From NCBI RefSeq assembly GCF_025643275.1, contig NZ_CP089977.1:1890001-1922000 (forward strand): DNA of 32,000 nt, given 5' to 3'. The position numbers and the translations under genes were made by a program. This document shows, piece after piece, positions 17,306-27,106 of this stretch (positions are counted from its first letter, which is position 1; each line of letters begins with the position of its first letter). Under the pieces are notes generated by a model that worked only from the letters and a program-made list of their open reading frames with translations, was not told the origin of the DNA and searched no databases. Origin of the DNA: Moraxella nasicaprae (GTDB lineage: Bacteria > Pseudomonadota > Gammaproteobacteria > Pseudomonadales > Moraxellaceae).

Positions 17306-17311
17306 TTTGCC

Positions 17312-17878
17312 ATGTCTTCTTTTATCAACACATCAAAAAATAACCACTTAAAAAATCCAAGTCAAGTCATCATTAAGCCAGATGATGCGTTTGATGAGAA
17401 AGACCATGATTTTATGAATATTGCCCTTGATTTGGCAAGACAAGGGGCAAGGAGTGGCGAAGTGCCTGTTGGGGCGGTATTGGTTTATGACAATCAAATC
17501 ATCGCACAAGGTTTTAATTGCCCCATTTCAACTTGTGATGCCACCGCTCACGCTGAAATGGTTGCCATTCGTAGGGCGTGTGAAAGTTTGGATAATTATC
17601 GTCTAATGGGGGCGACTTTGTATGTAACGCTTGAACCTTGCACAATGTGTTTGGGGGCGATTGTTCATTCAAGAATTAACCGAGTGGTATTTGGGGCAAG
17701 TGAGCCAAAGTCTGGGGTTATTATCAGTCAAGAAAAATTAAATGAAAAATCATATTTTAATCATTCATTGTTGGTAGAGGGTGGGTTATTTGCTGAACAG
17801 TCCAAAGCACTATTGCAGGCGTTTTTTAAAGAAAGGCGACAATCAAAAAAGAGCATTGGCAAGCAAAATTCGTTATAA
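17312..17878 (+). CDS. tadA: tRNA adenosine(34) deaminase
   Basis: It has the CDA zinc motifs HAEMVAIRRA and LEPCTMCLGAIVHSRI. It also has EVPVGAVLV. Confidence 0.92.
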   Translation: MSSFINTSKNNHLKNPSQVIIKPDDAFDEKDHDFMNIALDLARQGARSGEVPVGAVLVYDNQIIAQGFNCPISTCDATAHAEMVAIRRACESLDNYRLMGATLYVTLEPCTMCLGAIVHSRINRVVFGASEPKSGVIISQEKLNEKSYFNHSLLVEGGLFAEQSKALLQAFFKERRQSKKSIGKQNSL

Positions 17879-17926
17879 ACTTATCCTATCATCAAAAATT
17901 ATTCAAATATTCAAAGGCTTATTAAA

Positions 17927-18652
17927 ATGACCTATCCCATTATCACCATTGATGGTCCAAGTGGTGCAGGTAAAGGTACGATTGCTTATCGGCTTGCCAA
18001 GCACTTTGGTTTTAATCTATTAGATAGCGGTGCATTATATCGCATTGTTGGTTTATTGTCTTTTAAACATGGTTTACTAACCGATAAAGTATTTACTCAT
18101 GAATTCAATAATGATGAACAGCGAGAATTTGAACAAGCGGTTTGTCAATTAACCCAAAATTTAACCCTAGATTTTGTGGTCAATACCAACACCGAGCAAG
18201 TTGAAATTTTGGTCAATGGCGTGTTGTTACAAGACGACATTAGAAATGAAACGGTGGGCAAATATGCCTCAAAAGTGGCAACCTTGCCTAGCGTGCGAGT
18301 TGCTCTTTTAAAGGTTCAGCAGGATATGGCACTTCGGTCTGGGCTGGTGGCAGATGGGCGAGACATGGGGACGGTGGTGTTTCCAGAGGCAGATGTTAAG
18401 ATTTTTTTGACCGCCAGTAGCGTTGCCCGTGCCAATCGCCGTGTCAAACAGCTTGACGAGGCTGGCAAGCCTGCTGATTTTGAGGCGATTTTGGCACAAA
18501 TCAATGCACGAGATGAACAAGACCAAAATCGCACGGTCGCCCCACTAAAACCTGCTGATGATGCGTTGGTGGTAGATAGCTCAGCGTTGTCGGTTGATGA
18601 GGTGTTCGAGCAGGTGGTTAAATTCTGCCAACAACAAGGCATTGAAGCATAA
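17927..18652 (+). CDS. cmk: Cytidylate kinase
   Basis: It has the P-loop ITIDGPSGAGKGT and LDSGALYR. It lies immediately upstream of rpsA, the conserved arrangement. Confidence 0.95.
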   Translation: MTYPIITIDGPSGAGKGTIAYRLAKHFGFNLLDSGALYRIVGLLSFKHGLLTDKVFTHEFNNDEQREFEQAVCQLTQNLTLDFVVNTNTEQVEILVNGVLLQDDIRNETVGKYASKVATLPSVRVALLKVQQDMALRSGLVADGRDMGTVVFPEADVKIFLTASSVARANRRVKQLDEAGKPADFEAILAQINARDEQDQNRTVAPLKPADDALVVDSSALSVDEVFEQVVKFCQQQGIEA

Positions 18653-18707
18653 TCAGATAAAAACTTAAAATTTGTGCTGATTTGTACTATTTTTTATCAA
18701 AAAACTT

Positions 18708-18838
18708 TGTTATAATAAAGCGTTTTATTATATTTTGTGAATGATTGACCGACAAAACCAGCGATGGGCAATCATTGACCTAACCTGAACCGTACTGTGC
18801 TGGACAGGCTACGGCTATATTTTTTTAAGGTAAACATA
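18708..18838 (+). promoter_or_regulatory. Putative rpsA promoter (extended -10) and structured 5' leader
   Basis: TGTTATAAT at 18708-18716 is a TGn-TATAAT extended -10. The leader contains the hairpin AATGATTG (18740-18747) / CAATCATT (18769-18776). Each arm is followed by the same GACC. Confidence 0.35.
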
Positions 18839-20515
18839 ATGGTATCATTTGCTGAACTGTTTGAAGCAAGCCAATCAGAACAAGGTCTTAACATTGAGCG
18901 TGGCTCAGTGATTTCTGGTACTGTGGTTGCGATTGACAGCGACTGGATTACAGTAGATACAGGTCTAAAATCTGAAGGCATCGTGGCTCGTGAAGAGTTT
19001 TTGAACGAAGCTGGTGAGCTTGAAGTAACAGTAGGCGACAACATTGATGTTGTGGTTGAAGCTGTGGACAACGGCATGGGTCAAACTGTGCTTTCTCGTG
19101 AAAAAGCGAAGCGTGAAGAAAGCTGGCGTGCTCTTGAAAAACTACATGAGAATGATGAAATCGTTAAAGGTATCATCTCATCTAAAGTTAAAGGCGGCTT
19201 CACCGTTGAAGTTGGTTCAGTGCGTGCGTTCCTACCAGGTTCATTGGTTGATGTGCGTCCAGTGCGTGAAACCACTCATCTAGAAGGCAAAGAGCTAGAA
19301 TTTAAAGTCATCAAAATTGACAAGCAACGCAATAACATCGTTGTTTCTCGCCGTGCCGTTATGGAAGCTGAAAACTCAGCAGAGCGTGATGAGTTGCTAA
19401 GCAAGCTAGAAGAGGGTATGGAAGTAGAAGGTATCGTTAAGAACCTAACCGAATACGGTGCATTCGTTGATTTGGGTGGTATTGACGGTCTACTACACAT
19501 CACTGACATGGCTTGGAAGCGTATCAAGCACCCATCAGAAGCTGTTGAAGTTGGTCAAGACCTAAAAGTTAAAGTATTGAAGTTTGACCGTGAGCGTAAC
19601 CGTGTAAGCTTGGGTCTAAAACAACTAGGCACTGACCCGTGGAACGAAGTTGAAAAATCGTATCCAGTAGGTACCATCACCAAAGCTCGTGTTACCAACC
19701 TAACTGACTATGGTTGCTTTGCTGAAATCGCAGAAGGCATCGAAGGTTTAGTGCATGTGTCTGAAATGGATCACACCAACAAGAACATTCACCCATCAAA
19801 AGTTGTTCAAGTGGGCGACGAAGTGAATGTGATGGTTCTAGAAATCGATGGCGAGCGTCGTCGTATCAGCCTAGGTATCAAACAAACCATGCCAAACCCA
19901 TGGGAAGAGTTTGACAAGAAACACGAAAAAGGTCAAAAAATCAGCGGTACCATCAAGTCAATCACTGACTTTGGTCTGTTCATTGGTCTAGAAGGCGGCA
20001 TCGATGGTTTGGTACACCTATCTGACATCTCTTGGACTGAAAGTGGTGAAGAAGCTATCCGTAGTTACAGCAAAGGCGACACCGTAGAAGCTGTTGTTCT
20101 TTCTGTAGATGCAGAAGCCAATCGCATCAGCCTAGGCATCAAACAACTAAATTCTGATCCATTTAACGAGTACCTATTGGCAAATGACCGTGGTGCAATC
20201 GTTAAAGGCACAGTAAAAGAAGTTGATGCTAAGGGTGCAATCATCACTTTGGCAGAAGAGGTAGAAGGCTATCTGCGTGCATCAGACATCTCTCGTGAGC
20301 GTGTAGAAGATGCATCAAAAGTATTGAATGCTGGCGATGAAGTTGAAGCGAAAATTGTTAGCGTAGATCGTAAGTCTCGCAACATCACTTTGTCTGTTAA
20401 GGCAAAAGATGAAGCAGATGAGCGTCAAGCCATCAAAGAGCTTTCAAACTCAGCAGCTGTTGAAGCACAGCCAAAAACTTTGGGCGACATCTTTGGCGAG
20501 CAACTAAAAGGCTAA
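18839..20515 (+). CDS. rpsA: 30S ribosomal protein S1
   Basis: The start was moved to the ATG at 18839 ([11 protein letters not shown]...). The product has six S1 repeats and is 558 aa. Confidence 0.96.
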   Translation: MVSFAELFEASQSEQGLNIERGSVISGTVVAIDSDWITVDTGLKSEGIVAREEFLNEAGELEVTVGDNIDVVVEAVDNGMGQTVLSREKAKREESWRALEKLHENDEIVKGIISSKVKGGFTVEVGSVRAFLPGSLVDVRPVRETTHLEGKELEFKVIKIDKQRNNIVVSRRAVMEAENSAERDELLSKLEEGMEVEGIVKNLTEYGAFVDLGGIDGLLHITDMAWKRIKHPSEAVEVGQDLKVKVLKFDRERNRVSLGLKQLGTDPWNEVEKSYPVGTITKARVTNLTDYGCFAEIAEGIEGLVHVSEMDHTNKNIHPSKVVQVGDEVNVMVLEIDGERRRISLGIKQTMPNPWEEFDKKHEKGQKISGTIKSITDFGLFIGLEGGIDGLVHLSDISWTESGEEAIRSYSKGDTVEAVVLSVDAEANRISLGIKQLNSDPFNEYLLANDRGAIVKGTVKEVDAKGAIITLAEEVEGYLRASDISRERVEDASKVLNAGDEVEAKIVSVDRKSRNITLSVKAKDEADERQAIKELSNSAAVEAQPKTLGDIFGEQLKG

Positions 20516-20533
20516 GCCAAACCCCAAAAAATC

Positions 20534-20570
20534 AAAAAGAGTGGCAGGATTTCTTGCCACTCTTTTGTTA
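20534..20570 (+). terminator. Rho-independent terminator of rpsA
   Basis: AAAAGAGTGGCAG with a loop and partner TTGCCACTCTTTT forms an approx 13-bp stem. Confidence 0.85.
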
Positions 20571-20754
20571 TATCTAAATCATCATTTTTTTTGAGTTTTT
20601 ATGATGGGTTTAATCAAATTCTGTTTAAATTTTTAACAAAAAATATATTCACTTTTTTTATATTTTCGGCTATATTATCGCTTTATGATGAAATCATTTG
20701 TTTGATATGGCATTGACTTTTGTCATAAAAAAACCAAATTTTTAGAAGAGATGT

Positions 20755-21066
20755 ATGCAAGCAATGCAAGCAATAATTAACAAATCTGATTTGATTGAAA
20801 ATTTGGCGGCTGATAGTGACAATCTGGACGAACACACGGTTGATGAGGCAGTTCGTTTGATTTTAGCGATGATGATTGATGAATTATCATACGATGGGCG
20901 TGTTGAAATTCGTGGTTTTGGCAGTTTTTGCCTACATCATCGAGAGGCTCGCCAAGCTCGAAATCCACGCACGGGCGAGGCGGTGACGGTCGAGGCGAAG
21001 GCAGTGCCATTTTTTAAACCTGGTAAGGCGTTGCGTGAATCTGTAAACGCAATGAATGACGAATAA
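20755..21066 (+). CDS. ihfB: Integration host factor subunit beta
   Basis: It has HU/IHF-family motifs (VEIRGFGSF, RNPRTGE, VPFFKPGK). It sits downstream of rpsA, the conserved position. The start could be either of two tandem ATGs (20755 or 20764). Confidence 0.92.
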   Translation: MQAMQAIINKSDLIENLAADSDNLDEHTVDEAVRLILAMMIDELSYDGRVEIRGFGSFCLHHREARQARNPRTGEAVTVEAKAVPFFKPGKALRESVNAMNDE

Positions 21067-21097
21067 TAATCTAATTTTTTTCAATTTTGAGTGATTT

Positions 21098-21460
21098 ATG
21101 CATATTTTACTAATTGTTCTCTTGGTTGTGGTTTTTGCCTACTCCATCACTTTGGTGCTGTTAAACAATAGCGAAGTAGCGGTCAATTTATTATTTGCAA
21201 ATCTGGTGCCGATGAATTTGGGATTGGTATTGGTGGCAAGCATCTTTTTGGGCGTATTGATTGGTATATTGCTTGCACTACTGATGTTTAGAGTGTTGCA
21301 AAATAAGTGGGAAATCAGTCGTCTAAAAAAAGAAGTGCGTACTGTTCAGGCTCAATTAACTGAGGCGAACATCAAATTGGCACAGATGACCGAAAAGCAA
21401 GCAGAGCCAACCGTTGTATCAGAAGAACCAACCACGCTCATCAATCAACAAAACCCATGA
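21098..21460 (+). CDS. lapA: LapA-family (DUF1049) inner-membrane protein
   Basis: It has two TM helices followed by a coiled-coil tail (WEISRLKKEVRTVQAQLTEANIKLAQ). It lies between ihfB and pyrF. Confidence 0.75.
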   Translation: MHILLIVLLVVVFAYSITLVLLNNSEVAVNLLFANLVPMNLGLVLVASIFLGVLIGILLALLMFRVLQNKWEISRLKKEVRTVQAQLTEANIKLAQMTEKQAEPTVVSEEPTTLINQQNP

Positions 21461-21476
21461 TTTTTAGGAGTTTGTC

Positions 21477-22163
21477 GTGAGTACACCCATCATTGTCGCT
21501 GTTGATAAGCACACCTTAGATGATGCTTTGGCATTGGCAGACCGTCTTGACCCATCACTTTGTCGTCTAAAAGTGGGCAAGGAGTTGTTCACCAGTTGTG
21601 GCAATCAGGTCATTAAAGCATTTCATCAGCGTGGTTTTGAGGTGTTTTTGGATTTAAAATTTCATGACATTCCTAATACGACAGCACAAGCAGTCTTATC
21701 AGCAGCGGATATGGGTGTTTGGATGACCAACATTCACGCCAGCGTCGGCACAGAAGCGATGCGATTGTGCCAAGAGCGACTGGTTTCAGGTGGTTATCAG
21801 ACATTATTGATTGCGGTGACGGTATTGACTTCAATGACTGATGCCAATTTGTTGGAGCTTGGTATTGGTCGCAGTGTTTCTGAGCAGGTGATGCATCTGG
21901 CGGGGTTGACGCATCAGTCAGGTTTGCATGGTGTGGTATGTTCAGCACAAGAAGCAAGTATGCTTAAAGCGGCATTTGGAACGCAGTTTAAACTGGTTAC
22001 GCCAGGTATTCGTTTGCCTGATGATGTCAATGATGACCAAAAGCGAATTTGCACACCAAAAGATGCGTTATCTCATGGTTCGGATTATTTGGTGATTGGT
22101 CGTTCCATCACGACCGCAGCTGACCCTAATGAGAAATTAAAACTGATTTTATCACAAATTTAA
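21477..22163 (+). CDS. pyrF: Orotidine 5'-phosphate decarboxylase
   Basis: It has the motifs [20 protein letters not shown] and LVIGRSIT. It has a GTG start with an SD (AGGAG) 7 nt upstream. Confidence 0.94.
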   Translation: MSTPIIVAVDKHTLDDALALADRLDPSLCRLKVGKELFTSCGNQVIKAFHQRGFEVFLDLKFHDIPNTTAQAVLSAADMGVWMTNIHASVGTEAMRLCQERLVSGGYQTLLIAVTVLTSMTDANLLELGIGRSVSEQVMHLAGLTHQSGLHGVVCSAQEASMLKAAFGTQFKLVTPGIRLPDDVNDDQKRICTPKDALSHGSDYLVIGRSITTAADPNEKLKLILSQI

Positions 22164-22173
22164 TCAGCATCAC

Positions 22174-22197
22174 GCCCATCATTCGATGGGCTTTTTT
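22174..22197 (+). terminator. Rho-independent terminator of pyrF
   Basis: GCCCATC-ATTC-GATGGGC is followed by TTTTTT. Confidence 0.85.
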
Positions 22198-22390
22198 ATG
22201 CCAATGATTTGATTGTGATAGGTTTTTAAACATTGATTTTGTGTGTTTTAGTCACAAAATCCGATAAAACAAACCATGATTGGTAAGCAGGCAACCAAAT
22301 CATTGGTGCTTGGTGTATAAAAAGGAGTTGTCGCACCATTGATGGCAATTTGTGATAAAATACCCATGATATTTCATTGATGATAAGACT

Positions 22391-23629
22391 ATGCAACAAA
22401 TTCACCATTATGATATTGCCATCATTGGGGCTGGGGCGGTTGGTATGGCGTGTGCCATCGCTTTGGCACAAAGACAGTATAGAGTGCTACTCTTAGACCA
22501 GCAATCTAAACCTGACAGACAGGGTATGATAGATAGGCTATCTGTGCGTGATGCTCGTGTGTATGCAATGAATTTGCCAAGTATTGAGCTTTTGACACAG
22601 ATTGGTGTTTGGCAAAAAGTGGTACGAAAGGCAGATTACACCCAAATGCAAGTATGGGCAAAAGACGGCAAGGGGGAGCTGCTGTTTGCCGAAGATAATT
22701 TGTTGCCCAAAACCCTAGGCTCAATGATTGAGCCATCGGTGCTGGACATGGCATTATGGGAGCGAGCGGTCGAACCAGAAGTGGCTCAATATCTCACATT
22801 GGTATATGAAGCAAAACTTGCAGCACAAGGCATCGATGTAGGCAAGGAGGTGTCTTTTTTGTATCATGCCTTAGGCGAGACACATCGAGTGGCGTGTCGC
22901 CTGCTTATCGGGGCAGATGGTCGGCAGTCGCAAGTTCGTCAAATGATGGGTATTCAGGTGAATCGATTGGACTATCATCAAAAAGCCATCTGCTGTGCCA
23001 TTAAGACAACTTGCCCTCATCAGCATACCGCTCGTCAAATTATGCTACCAACTGGTACGCTGGCCATGTTACCGATGGCGGATTTGACACAGGCTGATAA
23101 AGCATGTTGGCATTCTATCGTGTGGACCTTGCCTACCGTGATGGCAGATGAGTATCTGGCATTGAGCGAGGTGCAATTGATGCAGCAACTTGCCATCGCC
23201 ATGAATGATGAATTGGGAGAAATTAGCCAAATTGAGTCCATTGCCAGTTTTGCTTTATCTGCTCAAATGGCACAGGCGTATACTGTCAATCAGATGGTGT
23301 TGATTGGCGATGCGGCACATGGTGTGCACCCATTGGCAGGACAGGGGTTGAATCTAGGTTTCTTTGATGTGCTGGCATTGCTTGATGAGCTCGATAAGGT
23401 GGCAAAGCGTGGCGTGCCATTACATCAGCAGGCATTGAATGCTTATCAAAGAGCTTGCATGGCACATCATGGTGTGATGATGCACAGTTTTTCGATGATT
23501 AACTTTGCTTTTACTGCTCAATTTGCCCAAAGTGGCTTACTACCATGGGTTCGAAGCGAGATGATGGACTGGCTGTCAAAACAAAAGCCCATCGTGCGTT
23601 TTTTGAATCACAAAGCCAACGCCAGATAA
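22391..23629 (+). CDS. FAD-dependent monooxygenase, ubiquinone-biosynthesis hydroxylase family (UbiH/UbiF/VisC/Coq6)
   Basis: It has the N-terminal motif YDIAIIGAGAVGMACAIALA. It also has LLIGADGRQS and the fingerprint LIGDAAHGVHPLAGQGLNLG. I cannot tell from sequence alone which hydroxylation step it performs. Confidence 0.82.
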   Translation: MQQIHHYDIAIIGAGAVGMACAIALAQRQYRVLLLDQQSKPDRQGMIDRLSVRDARVYAMNLPSIELLTQIGVWQKVVRKADYTQMQVWAKDGKGELLFAEDNLLPKTLGSMIEPSVLDMALWERAVEPEVAQYLTLVYEAKLAAQGIDVGKEVSFLYHALGETHRVACRLLIGADGRQSQVRQMMGIQVNRLDYHQKAICCAIKTTCPHQHTARQIMLPTGTLAMLPMADLTQADKACWHSIVWTLPTVMADEYLALSEVQLMQQLAIAMNDELGEISQIESIASFALSAQMAQAYTVNQMVLIGDAAHGVHPLAGQGLNLGFFDVLALLDELDKVAKRGVPLHQQALNAYQRACMAHHGVMMHSFSMINFAFTAQFAQSGLLPWVRSEMMDWLSKQKPIVRFLNHKANAR

Positions 23630-23643
23630 AAGATGAGCAAAAT

Positions 23644-24558
23644 TTAGCCTAATGAGCTAAAAAATACCATCAAAATGGGCGAAATCACATTGGTAATAAA
23701 ACCAAAACTAATCACCACAGGCATTATCTGTGTTCCGCCAGCATTGATGATGGTTGGTAGGGTAAAGTCCAAACTGGTGACGCCGCCCAAGCCGATGGCA
23801 GATGATGCCGAATATCGCATCACGACAGGAATAAAAATCAGGGCAATGATTTCACGACCTAAGTCATTAAGCAGGGCAACACTCCCCCAAATGGCTCCAT
23901 AGTTGTCCGTCATGATGGAGCCAGATAACGAATACCAGCCAAAACCTGATGCCAATGCCAAGCCTTTAAATAACGAAACTTCACCAAAAATACTGGCAAA
24001 AATCACACCAGCAAATAAGGTGCTTAGGATAAAGATGATGCTGATTTGCAGTCCTTGCTTGTTCAAAATCGCTTGACGCAAGCTAACACCCGAACCTTTA
24101 AGAGAAATACCGACCAGCAGTAACAATGCCATCAGTAATGCAGTGGTACTGCCATTGGGTGGTAGTAGATGGGTGGGTAGAATTTTTGCTAGGATAAATC
24201 CGCCTGCCAAACAACCAAGCTGAGCCAGACTGCCTGTCAGACTGGGTTGATGTTGAGGGTTGGTGCGTGCTGTTTGTTGCTGTTGGCGGCGATGGGTGAT
24301 TTTATCAAATGCGATGAGTGATATTGAGCCGAGCCCAATGGTCAGCAACAACAAGACACCGACATATTGGACGATGTTGCTTAGTTCTTTGGTGAAATTC
24401 TTTTCCAGACCAAGTTCAATGCCGATAATGATGAGTAGGGCAAAAACGATATAGCCAAGCAGGCGTTCGCTGAGAGCGACTACCTTGTGGTGACTGGGTA
24501 GGGCAAAGCCAACAAACATTGGGCTTAATATTAAAAATAAAGTCATCAATCCTTGCAT
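23644..24558 (-). CDS. lysO: Lysine exporter LysO-family (DUF340) membrane protein
   Basis: It is polytopic, with two homologous halves typical of YbjE/LysO. I prefer the ATG at 24558, which has GGGAGGG 8 nt upstream, over the track's TTG at 24564. Confidence 0.7.
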   Translation of the reverse strand: MQGLMTLFLILSPMFVGFALPSHHKVVALSERLLGYIVFALLIIIGIELGLEKNFTKELSNIVQYVGVLLLLTIGLGSISLIAFDKITHRRQQQQTARTNPQHQPSLTGSLAQLGCLAGGFILAKILPTHLLPPNGSTTALLMALLLLVGISLKGSGVSLRQAILNKQGLQISIIFILSTLFAGVIFASIFGEVSLFKGLALASGFGWYSLSGSIMTDNYGAIWGSVALLNDLGREIIALIFIPVVMRYSASSAIGLGGVTSLDFTLPTIINAGGTQIMPVVISFGFITNVISPILMVFFSSLG

Positions 24559-24573
24559 CGTCAAATCCCTCCC

Positions 24574-24617
24574 AATCCAAAAATTTGGATTATATCACTT
24601 TGCAGACGCAAACTCAA
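24574..24617 (-). promoter_or_regulatory. Putative lysO promoter with a palindromic operator-like site overlapping the -10 box and TSS
   Basis: Minus strand: TTGAGT (complement of 24612-24617), 17-nt spacer, TG-n-TATAAT (complement of 24589-24594). The perfect palindrome AATCCAAA-AA-TTTGGATT at 24574-24591 overlaps the -10 box and the predicted start site. Confidence 0.4.
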
Positions 24618-24662
24618 ACCAGCCCAAACTGGCAAGATGACCATATTGATAAACAATTCGGT

Positions 24663-24789
24663 AGTGGTCTAAAAAGTATGTCAAACTAGGTTTTGTGTTT
24701 GCCCTGAGCCTGTCTTTGGGTGAGAAAACCGTTAGGTCTCTCAAGCTTACCACGAACGGTTTTCTTATTAGCATACTTTTGAACCATAG
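24663..24789. repeat. Approx 125-bp nested inverted-repeat element (MITE-like element or structured small RNA)
   Basis: The outer arms are TAGTGGTCTAAAAAGTATG ... CATACTTTTGAACCATA, with a 9-bp perfect core (24673-24681 / 24773-24781) plus an imperfect extension. The inner hairpin is a perfect 10-bp stem, GAAAACCGTT (24725-24734) / AACGGTTTTC (24756-24765), with a 21-nt loop. It lies between two divergent promoters and contains no ORF. Confidence 0.45.
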
Positions 24790-24979
24790 CTAAAAATTTA
24801 TTTTTTTATATTTTTAATAAAAATTTTAAAAACATGATGATGGTGATGAAGATTGAACATTGCCCTTGAAGTTTTTTTTGACAAAATGACCAGAAATTTT
24901 GGTCATGATGATTGGTGTTGTTGATATAATTTGCTAAAATAGCTGCATTCATGATTCAGACAGGTTGAATGACAGCAAG

Positions 24980-26152
24980 ATGAATGCTCATAGCGTGATT
25001 GATTTTTTCAGGAAGATTTTTGATGAACTGCACCAAAATATTTATTGGCTTTTGGGGGGTTCGCTGGACGACCAAACGCTAAATTGGGCAAAATTGGGGT
25101 TGTCAATACTGGCAACAGGTACCAAAATCATCATTTTGCTATTGCTCATTGGTTTTGTATATTGGGTGCTGGTTTATCTGACCAAAGCCATCAAAAAGAC
25201 TTTCGGACTGTCGCACCGCTATACAAGACTGCTAAGAGCCACTTTGCGTTATCTATGGTTTGTCAGTAGCTTACTTGCCATCATGTCACAAATTGGCGTA
25301 TCGCCAAACACCATTCAGGCAACCGCCAAAGCAACCACTTGGGCAGGATTTTATTATATATTGTGGGTGTTTTCTGGGCAGATGGTGAGTGGTGTTTTAA
25401 AGCATTACGACCTAAATGCATCGATTGAGCAGTTGCTAAAAAACCTGCTATTGGTGCTGATTTTGGTGATGGCATTGGCAACGGTACTTGCCAAGTTTGG
25501 TTTTGACATCGTCTCTATCGTGGCAGGTTTGGGTATTGCAGGTTTGGCGGTTGGTTGGGCATCGCAAAGCACACTTGCCAATTTCATCGCTGGTATTGTG
25601 ATTTTGATTGAGCAATCTTTTCAGGTGGGAGATTGGATTCGCCTTGATGATAAAGAGGGGCGTGTGGTCAAGATTTCATTGCGAGCCACGCAGATTCTTG
25701 ACCGTGATAATATCATCATCATTATTCCAAATTCTGCGGTGGCGTCATCGCAAGTAGTCAATCTAACCTCCAAAAAGATGATTCGTTTTGACATCAGAAC
25801 ACGCATTGGGCTAGATGCGGACATGACCGCTGCTAGAAGTGTGATTATCAAGACGCTCCAAAAAGATGAGGTGGTGCTAAAACACCCTGCACCGATTGCA
25901 ACAGTGGCAGATATTGGCGATTTTGGTGTGCAGATTATTGTGCGATTTTGGGTTGCTCCATTGTCGGTGGCGAGAATTCCTGTCATCAAAGAAAATCTGA
26001 CTGAGAAAATCAAGCGAAGTCTTGAAGAGGCGGGCATTCCTGTGCCATATCCACACATGAAGTTGTTGTTTGATGAAACAGCAGTCCAAGATGAGTCAAT
26101 CACTCGATTGGTTGCTCAAAATCAGTCTAATCATATCAAGGAAAAAGTATGA
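24980..26152 (+). CDS. Mechanosensitive ion channel (MscS family), second paralog in the window
   Basis: The MscS core is present ([50 protein letters not shown]). Several TM helices lie at the N-terminus. I took the first in-frame ATG; the track uses a TTG at 24965. Confidence 0.85.
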   Translation: MNAHSVIDFFRKIFDELHQNIYWLLGGSLDDQTLNWAKLGLSILATGTKIIILLLLIGFVYWVLVYLTKAIKKTFGLSHRYTRLLRATLRYLWFVSSLLAIMSQIGVSPNTIQATAKATTWAGFYYILWVFSGQMVSGVLKHYDLNASIEQLLKNLLLVLILVMALATVLAKFGFDIVSIVAGLGIAGLAVGWASQSTLANFIAGIVILIEQSFQVGDWIRLDDKEGRVVKISLRATQILDRDNIIIIIPNSAVASSQVVNLTSKKMIRFDIRTRIGLDADMTAARSVIIKTLQKDEVVLKHPAPIATVADIGDFGVQIIVRFWVAPLSVARIPVIKENLTEKIKRSLEEAGIPVPYPHMKLLFDETAVQDESITRLVAQNQSNHIKEKV

Positions 26153-26616
26153 CGCCTGCGGTTAATTTATTGACAAAAAACCATCTTGCATTTAGCCTGC
26201 ATCAATACGAACATGACCCTAACAACACCAATTTTGGACAAGAGGCGGTGGATAAACTAGGGTTGTCTGGACATGAAGTTTTTAAGACATTATTGGTGAC
26301 CGATGGCAAGCAATATTTTGTGGCGGTGTTACCTGTGGTGCATCAGCTTAATCTTGGCAAGATGGCAAAGGCAGTTGGGGTCAAAAAATTGCAGATGGCA
26401 GCCATTGATGATGCTCAGCGTCTGACGGGCTATTTGGTTGGCGGCATCAGTCCGCTTGGGCAAAAGAAACGACTGAGCACCATCATTGCCAAGCAGGCCT
26501 TTGAGCTTGAAAAAATGTACATCAGTGGCGGCAAAAGAGGGCTTGATATTGGTATTACCCCCAATGATTTGCTGTCGATTTTGTCAGCAAAGACGGCAGA
26601 CATCATTGATGAGTGA
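26149..26616 (+). CDS. ybaK: Cys-tRNA(Pro)/Cys-tRNA(Cys) deacylase
   Basis: It is colinear with E. coli YbaK (MTPAV.LL.KN...[35 protein letters not shown]). There is an ATGA overlap with the mscS paralog, and an SD (AAGGA) upstream. Confidence 0.93.
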   Translation: MTPAVNLLTKNHLAFSLHQYEHDPNNTNFGQEAVDKLGLSGHEVFKTLLVTDGKQYFVAVLPVVHQLNLGKMAKAVGVKKLQMAAIDDAQRLTGYLVGGISPLGQKKRLSTIIAKQAFELEKMYISGGKRGLDIGITPNDLLSILSAKTADIIDE

Positions 26617-26734
26617 TGTTATTTGGGCGTAACAAATTGTTATTTTTCGTGAATGATTGTACACAGATATTGATTTTTCAGATGAATAAATTTAATATTT
26701 AGCACCATTTTGCTTGTTATTATTGGAAATTTTT

Positions 26735-27106
26735 ATGAAAAAGTTGTTTGGTGTGATGATTGGTGCGTTGGTATTGACAGGCTGTGCAGGTACAGGTGCT
26801 GGTGATGAGCTCAATGCCGCCAATATTGGCATGAATATTTTTAAGGGCGTGGTGGACACCAAATGTCGCAGCGAACTTAATCAGCAATCCGTCTATCAAG
26901 TGGCGACCGTGATTTTGAGTGAGACTCAAAAAAATAATCTAGAAAACAAAATTTGTGGCTGTGTCAGCGACAAAGCTCCTGAATCAGTAACTTTAACCGA
27001 GATTGCTCAGGCTGCCATCGACCCATCAGCACGCACACAAGTTGTAGCATCTGCGGTTGGCAAGACGCTGAACGCCTGCGTGAGTGACTTTATCTCTGGC
27101 AAATAG
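26735..27106 (+). CDS. Hypothetical lipoprotein
   Basis: The start was moved to the ATG at 26735. It has a signal peptide plus lipobox (MKKLFGVMIGALVLTGC). Confidence 0.6.
   Translation: MKKLFGVMIGALVLTGCAGTGAGDELNAANIGMNIFKGVVDTKCRSELNQQSVYQVATVILSETQKNNLENKICGCVSDKAPESVTLTEIAQAAIDPSARTQVVASAVGKTLNACVSDFISGK

Noticed and set aside
21460-21477. Absence of lapB (yciM) between lapA and pyrF.
   Set aside because: The 16-nt gap simply shows that lapB is not here. I believe this arrangement is lineage-typical rather than a deletion, and lapB could be elsewhere in the genome. It cannot be evaluated from one window.
22226-22471. An 81-aa minus-strand ORF between pyrF and the ubi-family monooxygenase gene.
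   Set aside because: It overlaps the 5' end of the monooxygenase gene and its promoter region. It has no SD and no recognisable features.
24565-24964. A known riboswitch (lysine L-box, Mn yybP-ykoY, fluoride, and others) controlling lysO or the mscS paralog.
   Set aside because: I could not find the conserved cores of these families by eye, for example the AGAGGNGC and GCCGAAG boxes of the L-box. The structured element lies upstream of both predicted promoters rather than in a 5' UTR. An Infernal scan is needed for a definitive answer.
26149-26152. ATGA start/stop overlaps (mscS paralog-ybaK at 26149-26152 and rlmL-ttcA at 30539-30542) as evidence of functional coupling.
   Set aside because: Four-nucleotide overlaps are common in compact operons. 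A channel plus a tRNA deacylase has no obvious functional logic, so for mscS-ybaK I treat it as incidental co-transcription.
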